A stretch of 63,726 bases of DNA, counting the filler, from Diploschistes diacapsis (Eukaryota): the NCBI GenBank assembly GCA_023645945.1. It is 16 parts of 16 records of this genome, joined end to end, with 100 filler letters (N's around TTAATTAATTAA, not from the genome) between each part and the next. Parts side by side here need not be neighbours in the genome. Positions count along the whole stretch, not along the records: positions 1 to 21,280 come from JALAIB010000313.1; positions 21,381 to 22,795 come from JALAIB010003139.1; positions 22,896 to 44,099 come from JALAIB010000314.1; 13 more parts are not named here. One strand, written 5' to 3'. The notes beneath the pieces are model-generated. The model saw nothing but the letters and a program-made list of their open reading frames with translations. It ran no database searches and was not told where the DNA came from. A program made the translations under genes and the position numbers. Within the stretch, counting starts at the first letter, position 1. The number at the start of each line of letters is the position of its first letter. Positions 11,805 to 23,509 of the stretch are shown one piece after another.

Positions 11805-12695
11805 TTATTGCCTTGTAGCTAATCTTCCACTGCGGCGGACACCCTGCTTCACAACAGCCGGAACCCTGTTATCACTGCCCTCAGCCAGATCAATCGCGGC
11901 CTGCCGTTGTTCCTCCGACCATTCCCGCCCATTCCGGAGCATCTTGATGGCCAGTTCGAAATCATTTGGCTTCTTGAGAAATAGCGCCTCCACCTCGCTA
12001 ACAATGTAAGTCCCGTCCTGCCGATGCCCGCAGTATACGGCAAACGTGTTATTCAGAGCCTCGTAAGTGAGCACAAGTGTGCGGGCAATGCGATCGTCAG
12101 TGGCTCCGAAATGCGCGCGGTAGCTGTGCATGGCCCGGACGCCGTACAATGCATCAAGGACGGCTTGGTTCAATAGATCTCGAAGAAGCGCATCTTTCCC
12201 CTTTACTTCGATGAAGAAATTGCACATGGCCGGTGCCGTCTTTCGTCGGCCTGGGGCGACGAGCTTTTTAAGCTGTCTCAGGGCATCTGGGCTCAATTCC
12301 GAAAGCTGTACTCCTTCGACGTAATCAGCTTTAGGTTTGACGATGTTGTCGAAGATACGATCCAAGTTGCAAAGATCGTAATCCTTCACGTGAAGAAATC
12401 TGTCATCACCACCTCGCAGTGAATAAAAAGCATCTTTTGCACCATTTTCATTTTGAATCTTCTTGATCTCTTGAAGGAATTTCTTTTGAAGAGCCCCAAC
12501 GTCCGTTTTATCGATGGAATCGCGCCGCGTCCCCAACCTTTCTCTCAAATCATCAAAATTGTCAGGCTTGGGCGTATCAATCTCTGGGTACTCCACGCCG
12601 TTGTCCTCCAGGGCGGGTTGAAATGCTGCATCCGTGACACGGATTATTTTAGGGGCAGGCCCTATATTGTCTTCTCGCTTGCGCTTTTGTCCCAT
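11805..12695 (-). CDS. 296-aa intronless protein, putative PD-(D/E)XK restriction-endonuclease-like fold
   Basis: Intact ORF with KPKADYVEG (D124), NFFIEVKG (E163-x-K165) and a following QAVLDALYG helix; N-terminal KRKR NLS-like motif; C-terminal RRSGRL. Fold assigned from motif pattern only. Confidence 0.7.
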   Translation of the reverse strand: MGQKRKREDNIGPAPKIIRVTDAAFQPALEDNGVEYPEIDTPKPDNFDDLRERLGTRRDSIDKTDVGALQKKFLQEIKKIQNENGAKDAFYSLRGGDDRFLHVKDYDLCNLDRIFDNIVKPKADYVEGVQLSELSPDALRQLKKLVAPGRRKTAPAMCNFFIEVKGKDALLRDLLNQAVLDALYGVRAMHSYRAHFGATDDRIARTLVLTYEALNNTFAVYCGHRQDGTYIVSEVEALFLKKPNDFELAIKMLRNGREWSEEQRQAAIDLAEGSDNRVPAVVKQGVRRSGRLATRQ

Positions 12696-13289
12696 TTGAA
12701 ATTGGAACTGAAGGTTGATTTTAGTCTCCTATCAAACAAAAGGCTCTGTCGGAGCTTACTAGTAAATCGCTGGGTTCTGGACCTGCTTTTCCTGTAAATC
12801 TTATTGGGTTCTTAGCTAGTGACTCTAGGTTGAGGCTTTCAAATTTGCAATGATGCCTTTGCTGCCAGTTGTGGATGGCGACCGCAAGCTTGGAGAGAGG
12901 CGCCCTGGGATGTGCGATGAACCATCTGACAGTTGAGTTCATCTTTTCTGTTCATGCAAAAAAAGTTTTTGAGTTCTAATAGCTTTTCTGTTTCTATGCA
13001 GAATCTTGCAGTCTTCATCGATCCGCGACAAAAGGCGATCTTAAGCCTGTCGACAAAGAGCCGTCGCAAACAGGTAAGTAAGAAGCGGTTCCAAGAGCAA
13101 CAAAGAAAACGCCTTAAACAGGTAAACAAAGGAAAAAAGCAATGCGCAATTCTAAACGAAAATTTCCTCCATTCGACAAACGATGAGAATTTGCAATTTT
13201 GCCAGAGATAGAACTCCTTTCGACTATCCACTGACTGTCGTGTTCAATTCTTTAAACTCGACTTTCTCTTCCCTTAATCGAAGCAACAT

Positions 13290-14341
13290 ATGGCAGAACT
13301 CACTCTTCTGGTAGGCTCAAAGCCACTACAATACAAGATCGAACGATGCATCAGTTCCGGCGGCCATTGCAAGGTATATGCGGGTACAGTACCATCACTG
13401 GTTGCTTTCATTATTGCAGTTTATGGATGCTTATGTTCATATAGGAAAATGCACAACGACCGATCGCGAAGTCGCTATCAAATTGGAAGAAATAAGCGTG
13501 AACAAATCCGATACTCTTACTACGGAATGGAGCATTCTTCAGGAGCTTGAAAACATAGTAGGCGTTCCCAGGCCCTTCGCGTTTGACGACAGCGGAAACT
13601 ATCGTTACCTTGTGGAATCTCGTACAGGGTGCAGCCTCGACAAATGGTTGGATTTCTGCGGAGGACAATTCAGTGATGGGACCATCGGTAGAATCGGGGA
13701 CCAGGCCATTCGCCGTTTACAGCAGATTCACGAGAGAGGCATCATACATAATGATGTCAAACCAAGCAATATAGCGATCGGTTACAAAGAGACGAAGAAT
13801 GTGATCAATTTTTTGGATTTTGGCATCTCCCGCTTTATCGAGGATTGTAATCCTGCGACGCGATCTATCTTCGGTTTTGTCGGAACGCAGGCATTTGCTA
13901 GTCTACGCGCGTATGAGTGTTTCGGTGCGTGGATTATTAGATACTGGGCCGTGCTAATCAGCGATAGGAAGTTCCAGATACGACGATTTAGAATCCTTGA
14001 TGTATTCGCTAATGTCTTTCCGAGAACGGCTGCCTTGGGAGAATGCCAAGGGAGAGGAAGTTAAGAAGATCAAGTCCATGCCACCGGAGAAGTTGTGCAA
14101 AGGTTTTCCTCGGGCGTTTACGGCAGTACTTAAGGAAATACGAGGGAGGAAAAAGCCTATTCCCGATTACAAAGGGATTCGTCGCAAGCTTCTCGGTGCG
14201 ATGGGATATGCTCACTCTTACGACTGGATCATGAAGTTGTATTCTGATGTCCAAGAAAAGAGAGGCGATGCTCGGGCACGTCCGACGCTGAGGACAGTCG
14301 GAAAGCTTCCGTCGAATGGCCGCCGGAATAGACGCATGTGA
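13290..14341 (+). CDS. Divergent casein kinase 1-like Ser/Thr kinase, 3 exons
   Basis: Introns 13384-13444 and 13925-13967 join the frames. Motifs ISSGGHCKVY (G-loop), VAIK, HNDVKPSN, DFG, VGTQAFAS, and the CK1 signatures SRYDDLESL and LPW. Confidence 0.88.
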
Positions 14342-14697
14342 AAGAACCGGAAGACAGAAAAATGACGAGGCAGATGCACAAGTAAAAAGGAAAAATAATT
14401 CTAATACTAAGATACTGTCTCGGCCAAATTCTATATCTCAAATATTAAATTAAACTTAGTAATGGGCCATATCATAGCATAAGAAGGAATTAGTCTAAAA
14501 ATGCTCGATATAAAGAAAGTTTTGTAGGCTATTATAGAGAGTAAAGAAAGGGACTATAAAGTCATAAGCTATTACTGCCGTAGAATCTCTATTGTTGCCC
14601 TTAACCTGAACTTTTTTGCCAATAATAGCAGTATTTGGCTATAAATATCTTTCATATTTTTATCAACGTTATCTTATTTTAATATTAGTTTGATTAT

Positions 14698-15235
14698 TGT
14701 TGAAAGTATGGAAGTGGGGTGACTAAATAGGCAAGTAATGACTAGGGAAATAAAGTTAAGTACAATAGTAACGTATTGCTATTAAAGGAGGTAATGAATA
14801 AAGATGAAGATGGCGTTAATAAAGATGGGAGGTGAGAGGTCTTTTATAGACACATTTCACCTAACTAACGCCTAGTGATTAATATACATTTAATCTCCGA
14901 TAATGTTGGATTTATAATCCAACATTATGCGCCCCATAATCCAACATATTAGTGGATCTAATATGCTCAATATAGTGGAACTAATTTCTCTCTATATTAG
15001 ATCCATGGTCCTAGTATTATTAGATCATTAATCTAATATTTGGACTAATGATCTAATGATCTAGACCATCTGCAATCCCACCTAGTAGTCCATAACTACT
15101 AGTAGGATGTTTGACTATAGTTAGTAGGATGTTCAATAGTTGTTAGTGACGTGTCCTGAAGGGCTAAAGAACCTTCAGGGTCCTACTAGTGTTAACTAGT
15201 CAGATAGACTAACCCAATTAGGTAATGATCTGACA
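14698..15235. mobile_element. LTR-like repeat (probable solo LTR, family A)
   Basis: Starts TGTTGA and aligns with 60291-60716. Possible end ...TCTGACA at 15235; no TSD seen, so the right boundary is uncertain. Confidence 0.7.
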
Positions 15236-15511
15236 CGGTGCACATGTGCTTTGACGTTGCAGATACAAGGCATTTTTCAGCCTTGGCTTGGCTTGCTTGG
15301 CATGAAGATAAGAAGTCTATCGGCGATAATTTATCTCCGAGCTCTTGGAGTGCCATAATGAAGGGTACTCGCCTCTGAGGCCTTTGACCTTTGAACATAT
15401 CGTACATGCACCTTCATCGTTCTTGGACTCAATCTCGCTACTTCGAAGAACTCCTATCGATTTATACCAAAAGATTAACACTATTGTAGTAATCGTTTGG
15501 CCTTTGCTGCG

Positions 15512-16523
15512 ATGCCGGCACCAACAGGCACAAAGCGCGTGAAGGTGTGGTAAATGCTCTCTTTCAGCCAATAATGCCATTTTCATTTTGTGCTCTTTCG
15601 CTTCCCCTTAGTCATTCTGTGAGGCTGCAAATTCAAAGATCCAAAGATGGCTCGCGTCTGGCATTCATCAATGGGCCCGAGACCCGGCGTTTATTACAAG
15701 AATTACGAGAGACGTCGTGGAAGACCGCGTGCTAACCGTCCAGGTCGTGTTCAGGGCAAATCCGTTTTCCGTCCATTTGGTATGATCTGTTTTAGCAGCC
15801 TCTGCAAATTCGTTTCCACTCATCTGCATAGTCTACGGCTCGTATGCGAAGCCACTACCTACCGACCCATCGAAACGCCCTGCGAACACCGCCCCTGACC
15901 ATACCCATCAGTGGACGGTCTACGTTCGTGGCGTGAATGATGCCGATATAACGTACTGGCTTAAGAAAGTGCAGTTTAAGCTCCATGAGACATATACGCA
16001 GGCTGTGCGTACCATCGAGGCGCCAAACCCCTTCGAAGTCACTGAGACTGGATGGGGTGAGTTTGAGATTGGCATCAAGCTTTTCTTCACACCCGAATCT
16101 GGAGAAAAGCCTCAAAGCATTTATCACCATCTCAAGTTACATCCATTTGGCGAGGATAGGGAAGCGGCGAAGGAGAGGCGAGATCCTGTTGTAAGCCAAC
16201 TTTACGAGGAAATTGTCTTCAACGAGCCTGCCGAAGTCTTCTACGACATTTTGACGAGCGATGCACCACTGACGGGTCGCGGCAAGGGAGGCTCGAAAGG
16301 GGCAAAGCAAAGGATCCTCGGATCCCGGACTGCGGAGTTGCCTGCACAAGCTATCGGAGACAACCCGTACAGCGCGCATACGGAAATGAAAGAGATTGAT
16401 CGGCTAAAGGAAGCGCGGAAAGAGGTGGAGGCGTTGGTGAACGAGGAGCGAGCCAGGCTGGATGAGCGCGACAAGGAGCTGAGGGAGTTGAGAGCTCGCG
16501 AAGGAGCTATCAAAGTCAAGTGA
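15512..16523 (+). CDS. YAF9: YEATS-domain protein Yaf9 (NuA4/SWR1 subunit)
   Basis: Spliced [23 protein letters not shown]...[11 protein letters not shown]...[11 protein letters not shown]...[14 protein letters not shown]...YHHLKLHP, with a C-terminal coiled coil. Confidence 0.93.
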
Positions 16524-17128
16524 GCCTTTTGCACAGTGGATTGCCCATGGCTTGAAGGACTTGATGTTGCTGTCAGCAAGGCGTCCCAGGATCTAAAGCG
16601 AGGTTTGTCGAATATTTTAAGGACGAGACTTGAGCTTGCTAACGCTCGGCAGTAGGTGCATTCAATGGATTGCCTGGCTTAATAGATGACGTCCAGGTGC
16701 TAGTATAAAGCCGGTCGCGGCTGAACTGCAGTATCGGAGTATGATGGTAACCGAATCAAAGCAATACCTATCTTGAAAGTGAAAGCTGTGGTGATCATGG
16801 CTGGGAAGTTGGTTACGGCAGTGAGACCTGAGTTGAGCCCCACCTTTCCTGGCCAGCAAATACCCTGCATACAGCCCTGACTCGGAAGCTCCAACTCTTT
16901 AGCGCTCAGTGCAATTATCCAAGATCGCCCTCAATGCTCCTCCTCATTAACCGCGGTAAGGGAATGTTGGACGGTTACATATTGATGACGACAATGCCAG
17001 CTCAACCAGAGGCAGAGCATTTATCTTCGCTCCCTCCATTACTGAATTTACTTCTTCACCGAACCTACGACATATACACCAACGCTTACAAACTTGTGCT
17101 TTGAATAGAGCGCTGTCCCACTACCATC

Positions 17129-18682
17129 ATGGCCATGTCACAGGCGGCAAATGCTGTTGAGAAAGCCGTCGGCCACACCGGCGATGCTATCACAGAACAG
17201 AACATGACCAACCCAGCGAGAGACAGGCAGAAGTACGCCGACCCGAGCGGTGCTACTATGAAAGCTCTGACGTGGAATGGCAAGAATTCAGTCAAACTTG
17301 GTCTGTTAACCTCAGAGGCTTAAGCTCATATTTTTCTAACGGTGCGGAGTAGTGGATGCACCGAAGCCAAAGATAATCGAGCCCCATGATGTGATACTTA
17401 AGGTTACCGGGAGCACCGTCTGTGGTTCAGACTTGCATTTAATGCACGGTAACTGTCTCATGGCCAGTTCGCGAACGTATCCTCACAAGTGCAGGCACCG
17501 TGGTGGAGCTACAAAAGGGCGATATCCTGGGACACGAATTCTGCGGAGTTGTCGAGTCTACAGGTGAAGCAGTGACCAATTTGAAACCCGGGCAAAGGGT
17601 AGTGGCATCTTTCCAGATCGCATGTGGCGACTGTATGTTCTGCAAAAAGAAGCTTTCCTCGCAATGCGAGAAGACTAATAGCAACACGATCGAGAATGCC
17701 ATGTATGGAGGACGTACAGCGGGTAGGTACAGAGATGGGCTCGAGCAGTGAATGGGTCTAACGCTGGTATGTCTAGGAATGTTCGGCTATTCTCATTTCA
17801 CAGGTGGGTTCGCTGGTGGACAAGCCGAATTTGTCCGTGTGCCACACGGCAATGTCAACTTGCTACCCCTTCCGGATGACGTTCCAGACGAGCAAGGCCT
17901 CTACCTTTCCGACGTTCTTTGCACATCCTGGCATTGCGTTGTTGATACAGGAGTCAAGGACGGCGACGTTGTGGCCATTTGGGGAGCAGGCCCGATCGGT
18001 CAGATGGCGGTTGAGTTTTCCTTCATAAACGGTGCCAGTCGAGTGATCCTCATTGACGGCGGTCAAGGTGGCTGGCGGTTAGACTTTGTCAAGAGCAAAT
18101 ACCCGAAGACCGAGACTCTGAACTTTACCGACCTTCCAAAGGGCGAGAGTGTTACGAGCCAATTGAAGAAGATGGTTCACGGTGGACCCGATGTGGCACT
18201 CGAGTGCGTTGCTGGCGAATACGCGAAGGGCTGGGCACATTACTTTGAGATGCTGCTTGGCGCCGAGACCGACACGAGCGAAATTCTCAACGAGATGATC
18301 ACCTCGGTCAAGAACTTTGGTCGCTGCGGCGTCACAGGTGTCTATGTTGGCTTCGTAGGTCGAAGAAGGCCCTTCGTGAATCCGAGCTAATCAGGTACAG
18401 ACAAACCACTTCAACATTGGCTCCCTCATGGAGCGAGGTATCCGGCTGATCGGCAACGGTCAGGCGCCTGTCCACCTATATTGGGAACAGCTCTTGCAGT
18501 ACATTCAGGAGGACAAGATTCATCCATACTCTATGCTCACTCACCGGGTCCTCATCGATGACCTTGAGGAGGTATACCATGCCTTTGAGAAGAAGGAAGA
18601 TCAAATGCAGAAGGTCTTTGTGGCTACCGAGGCCAGTGCCCCTCCAGCGCCCGGAACCCCGGAGCTCAAGAGGTTCAAGTAG
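17129..18682 (+). CDS. Zn-binding medium-chain dehydrogenase (formaldehyde dehydrogenase-like), multi-exon
   Basis: MKALTWNG, VCGSDLH, ILGHEFCG, structural-Zn CGDCMFC...C, GGFAGGQAEFVRVP, LSDVLCT, GAGPIG; four introns. Confidence 0.9.
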
Positions 18683-19192
18683 TGGAAAGGTTGTAGCTGG
18701 TTCTGAAAGTTTCAATGGTACAGAGTGTGCGTGCGTACGGAGAGGTATTTAACGGCCGAGCTGTCATATTTGAAATATAGCAACATGGAGTTTTTCATTA
18801 CGATAACAGAAGGAGATTGTATGAATTAAAAGCTCGCTTATGGTAATTAATTTAAAAGCCTTTAATAGTGCATTGGTGAAGTTAATCGCTACGAAGAAAC
18901 AGGCAAAACTGACAAAAACCAGGGAAAATGACAAGGTCAATTATTTTGTATGCAATTATAAAAATAAATATTAATAATAACCCTGCATCCCACTTTCAAA
19001 AATGTCTCATTTCCTCGGATTGCGTCACTCCCTTTTGGTTGTCATCTCGTTCTGCGTTGCGTTTCCGGCTGGTTTTTGAAAGAGCCCCAGCAGTCTATCG
19101 TTTCTCGCGTGACCATCTCCTTCCTGACTCTCTAACCTGAGCTTGTGTCATGTTCAGCTCTTTGATCGTCCCAAGCCCACATACTTTGTATC

Positions 19193-20894
19193 ATGATGCC
19201 TCAGAACTACCGCACAGCTTCCCTGGCCGAGGAGGGCCGCTATGCTAGCGACGACGGCACCTTGATCAGCGACGATAGAAAGGTGCCCGAAAAGGCAGAT
19301 GCGCAGGATCAGCAGCTCGAGTATAAGGGGAGCGACGACCCGTTTGGAGATGAGAGCAATTCAGAGGTCAAGTATAAGGTTCTAGAGTGGTGGTAAGTGT
19401 TCGCCTTCGCCATGGCTTTAGGTCAGTCAGCGTGTTAAGGCTAGCTAACATTGCTGACAGGCAGGCTGGAATGAGTACGACACCTGACACACGCGAGGCT
19501 TTGAACGAATTGAGGACGTCGATTGACATGGAGTAGTCATGATCGCCGAGACAATATCGCTGGGTATACTCTCGCTACCGTCGGTGCTAGCCGCCATCGG
19601 CATCGTCCCGTACGCTCCCCTTATCCTTGCCTCTCCTTCCCCAACCCCCCCTTTCTGCCCGACGCTAACGTCCCGCAGCGGCCTGATTCTTATCATCGGC
19701 CTCGGCCTTGTCGCCACCTACACGGGCTACGTAATCGGTCAATTCAAGCTTGCCCATCCCTTCATTCACAACATGGCCGACGCCGGCTTCGTCTTGCTCG
19801 GGCGTCCCGGACGTGAAATCTTCGGCGCCGCCCAGCTCTTGTTGCTCGTCTTCATCATGGGCTCGCACATCCTAACTTTCGAAATCATGCTCAACACCCT
19901 CTCCTCGCACGGCACGTGCACCATCATCTTCGGCATCGTGGGGCTGGTCGTCTGCTACCTCTGCACGCTGCCCCGCAAGCTCGGCGACGTCAGCCACCTG
20001 GCGATCGCAAGCTTTATTAGCATCATCGCGGCGGTGGTTGTCACCATGGCGGCTGTCGGCACGGAGAAGCCCGGCGGGGGCCACATCGACGCGACGATGC
20101 AGGCGAGCCTGGCGGACGCGTTCCTGCCCGTGACGAATATCGTGTTTGCGTACGCGGGCCACGTCGCCTTCTTCTCGTTCATCTCCGAGCTCAAGCGCCC
20201 GGAAGAGTACTACAAGTCGCTGTTCCTGCTGCAGGGCGTCGACACGGCCATGTACCTGCTCGTCGCGGGCGTGATTTATGCGTATGCCGGCGAGAACGTC
20301 ACGTCCCCGGCGCTGGGCAGCTCGGCGCCGCTGTTCCAGAAGATCGCGTACGGCTTGGCGATCCCGACGATTGTGGTGGCCGGCGTGATCAATGGGCATG
20401 TTGCGGCCAAGTACATATATGTGAGGATGTATCGCGGCACGGACATGATGAGCAAGAAGACGTTCAAGAGCTATGGGACGTGGGCGCTTATTAGTTTGCT
20501 GCTGTGGATCGTGGCGTGGATTATTGCCGAGGCAATACCCGTGTTTAATGATCTGCTGGGCTTGATTTCGAGTCTTTTTTCGAGCTGGTTTACATATGGG
20601 CTTAGTGGGCTGTTTTGGTTGCATTTGCATAGGGGAAGATGGTTTGAGAGTCCGGGGAGGATTGCGATGACGGTGTTGAATTCGGTTGTTGTGTTGATTG
20701 GGACGCTGATTGTGAGTATTGACCCTTTTCTGGCTTCTTGGCATTGGCATAGACTGGCTTTGATTCTGGAATGTGGATTTGTACTGACGGCGCAACAGAT
20801 GGCTTTGGGGCTCTACGCATCCGGCCTAGGCATACAGGCGGACTCCGCGAGCGGGGGCGGTAGCTTCTCTTGTGCGGATAATTCGAAATCATGA
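19193..20894 (+). CDS. Neutral amino acid permease (Aa_trans/AAAP, Mtr-like), multi-exon
   Basis: VKYKVLEWW|QAGM|IMIAETISLGILSLP, NIVFAYAGHVAFF, SPALGS, WIIAEAIPVFNDLL, many hydrophobic helices; includes a 14-nt microexon at ~19461-19474. Confidence 0.92.
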
Positions 20895-21280
20895 GTATGG
20901 CGCTATGGAAACACAGGCTTGGTGGTACGATTGAACGCATCAATTATTGGAGTGCATCTTAGTTGGAGCTCCGGCCACAGGTCCCTCCGGGTTGAATGGA
21001 ATGGCAACGCCATCAACGCGATTTTCTGATAAGGACAAAGAGTAGCCTGAGTATTGGGTTAACGAAGGTCGTTGCTCGCCTAACCAGTACGACGATCCAT
21101 GACCTCTTTCATAACTCTACCCCGGCCTTTATGGGCACCACTACTGTGAACAGTCACCGTGGAATGTCAAAACATACTATCCCACATCCAGAATATATAC
21201 CAATAGCCCTCTACATTCTTGGCCCCCGCAATACTCTCGCCAGTCCCAGGCTTTCCCCAGTGCCTTCATCTCTCCTCCGC

Positions 21281-21380
21281 NNNNNNNNNNNNNNNNNNNN
21301 NNNNNNNNNNNNNNNNNNNNNNNNTTAATTAATTAANNNNNNNNNNNNNNNNNNNNNNNNNNNNNNNNNNNNNNNNNNNN
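21281..21380. other. Artificial contig linker, 44N-TTAATTAATTAA-44N (first of 15)
   Basis: Identical 100-bp linkers start at 21281, 22796, 44100, 45615, 47129, 48643, 50157, 51668, 53179, 54689, 56197, 57705, 59211, 60717 and 62222. TTAATTAATTAA gives stops in all six frames. Confidence 0.98.
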
Positions 21381-22075
21381 CGGTTTATTTTAAACTTTAG
21401 TAAAATTATTAAATTTCTTTATCATTTAATTAAGATGGACATAACGGAGGTTTAAAAAAAGAAAGAAACGAAAATATTCGATTTTTTAAAAGAGGCCGTG
21501 TCTTCCGAACCGGTAATGGTATATTTTGATTTTAATAAGCGATTTTTATTCGAATGCGACGTTAGCGACGTTATTCTTGAAGATATTTTATTTTAAAAAA
21601 CCGATAACGGTATGTTATAACCCGTCGTTTATTTGTTTAAGAATTTGGATCCCGTTTAACGCAATTATGCGATATACGATAAAAAGATGTTCGTTATAAT
21701 ATGATATTTCGAAGAATGAAAGCCCGAGTTATTAATTTTTTTAATTAATCGGTTTATATTAGTATTAATCGATTATAAGGTTTTCGAATATTTCATTATT
21801 AATAAGTAATTAAATCGTAGGTAAGCTCGGTAAACGGAATTCTTATTGTAATTCGATTTTAAGATCTAGTACCGTCTCGAAGTAAAAAACGTAAAGGTCG
21901 ATTTATTAACGAAGGAATTTAATCTAAACGAGGTTTTGAGAGTAAAAGAAGATCTTTATATGTAGTAGACGTTGATTAAGACCGAATAGTTTTTCGAAAA
22001 AATTAGGCGGAATCTAAACATACACGTTCTAAAAAAGGACGAGGATGTTCTTAAGACGTTAAAAACAACTACGAA
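21381..22075 (+). mobile_element. RIP-degraded Ty3/Gypsy pol fragment (RNase H region)
   Basis: FDFNKRFLFECDVSD...PVVY..KNLDP..RNYAIYDKKMFVII..FEE.KPEL...LVLIDYK: degenerate RT-RNaseH motifs with many TAA stops. Confidence 0.85.
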
Positions 22076-22076
22076 C

Positions 22077-22197
22077 TAGGCTGGCCGTTTCGTGCCACGG
22101 TCACTGACACGGACACTACAGCAAAAATTTTCAAAACACGGACACTAACACGAACACGATAGCTAAAATTTTAAAACACGGATATTAACACGGATAT
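22077..22197 (+). mobile_element. hAT-type MITE, left end (interrupted)
   Basis: TAGGCTGGCCGTTTCGTGCCACGGTCACTGACACGGACAC, identical to the left end at 58183. Confidence 0.85.
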
Positions 22198-22795
22198 TGT
22201 TGAGCAGACAGGCAGAAGGCATGGCTGGGAGTCTAACTAAGTTCTAGAGGGAGGTTCAGTTCAGCTGAACCTCCTGGAATCCCAACTAGACCGGTTTAGG
22301 AATAGTGTAGGTAATAAGGCTTAGCGTATCTCATAAGAATAAAAGTCTGTAAAGTAAAATAATTTCCTAAATAGATCTTTAGACTTCAATATATCCATTA
22401 CGTTGTTAAACAGGTTATAAGCCCGGGTTAATATCTGCTTTACTACGCTTAATCGTTTATTAAAATTAGGTTTCCCGGTAGTTATTACGGTTACGAACGC
22501 GGGCACCGATTACGTTATTTAACGTAAATTAAATCGAAGAGATTTAAAAGCCTAAAATCTGAATCATAAGACCCTAGGGTGGGCTGATTTAAAGGTAGAA
22601 GTTATATTACTTTAAAAGAACGCGGGACCTTAATACGCTGGCCTAGGGTAGGTCTAAATAAGAAATAGTTGGATTTAGATATCATCTGCATAAGTTAACG
22701 AAAAATAACCTCCTTCTCTTTCGATAATAATCGAAGTTTAATTGAACTCGCTGAACTTATTCGATTATTTTTATTTCTATTATAGAGGATTATTC
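22198..22795. mobile_element. LTR-like repeat family B, inserted into the MITE
   Basis: Starts TGTTGAGCAGACAGGCAGAAGGCATG; collinear with 48092-48642. Confidence 0.8.
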
Positions 22796-23509
22796 NNNNN
22801 NNNNNNNNNNNNNNNNNNNNNNNNNNNNNNNNNNNNNNNTTAATTAATTAANNNNNNNNNNNNNNNNNNNNNNNNNNNNNNNNNNNNNNNNNNNNGTGGT
22901 GGCGGCGGCGGCGACCCCTTGGCGGGCAGGCTGAGCAGGAGACCTAGCGATGGGGCTTCTGCGAATGGGAGGGAAAAGCTGTAGGCTGCTATCTGACTGC
23001 TTTTTTTTTTCCATTGGTGAGCGCTATGGCCACGGCGTGGCATTACTACTATATTCCTGTCTAGGGCCAGCGCTTGTCGTCGTGGCGTTTTGGTACTGGT
23101 AGATCCGTCACGATTTGTGAAGATTGGATAACATATTGATATACCAGGCCGAAAGATTAGTATATTCAGTTTTTTTTTCTTTTTTTTTTTGATATATTCT
23201 AATGCTCCTCGATACTCACTCCTGGATAGACAGACACATCCGCCTGTTTAGCCTCGAAGCTGACGGCTAGAACATAGCACGCCCTGATGGGGTATTGTTC
23301 GTGAGACTGCGGGAAAGAGGGAGAGAGTCCTATCCTCCACCGCAGAGAAGAATTTTGCAACCCGCTTTTCCAACAAGCCTTACCACGTGCGAGTAAAAAA
23401 AGAGAAGAGCAAACAAATAAAGCTATCTACACTTTCACCATCCGGGGCTTCATCAGTCATACAATACAATACGGAGAGGAGGTGGTTTGTAGATTAGAAT
23501 ATCTTGATG

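Noticed and set aside
12839..13231. Overlapping 92-aa and 130-aa ORFs between the nuclease-like and kinase genes, as a third component
   Set aside because: Non-ATG starts in the track, low-complexity A-rich sequence and no motifs. Probably promoter/UTR, though a small peptide cannot be excluded without Ribo-seq.
19872..20795. 307-aa minus-strand ORF
   Set aside because: Antisense to the GC-rich permease; no recognisable motifs.
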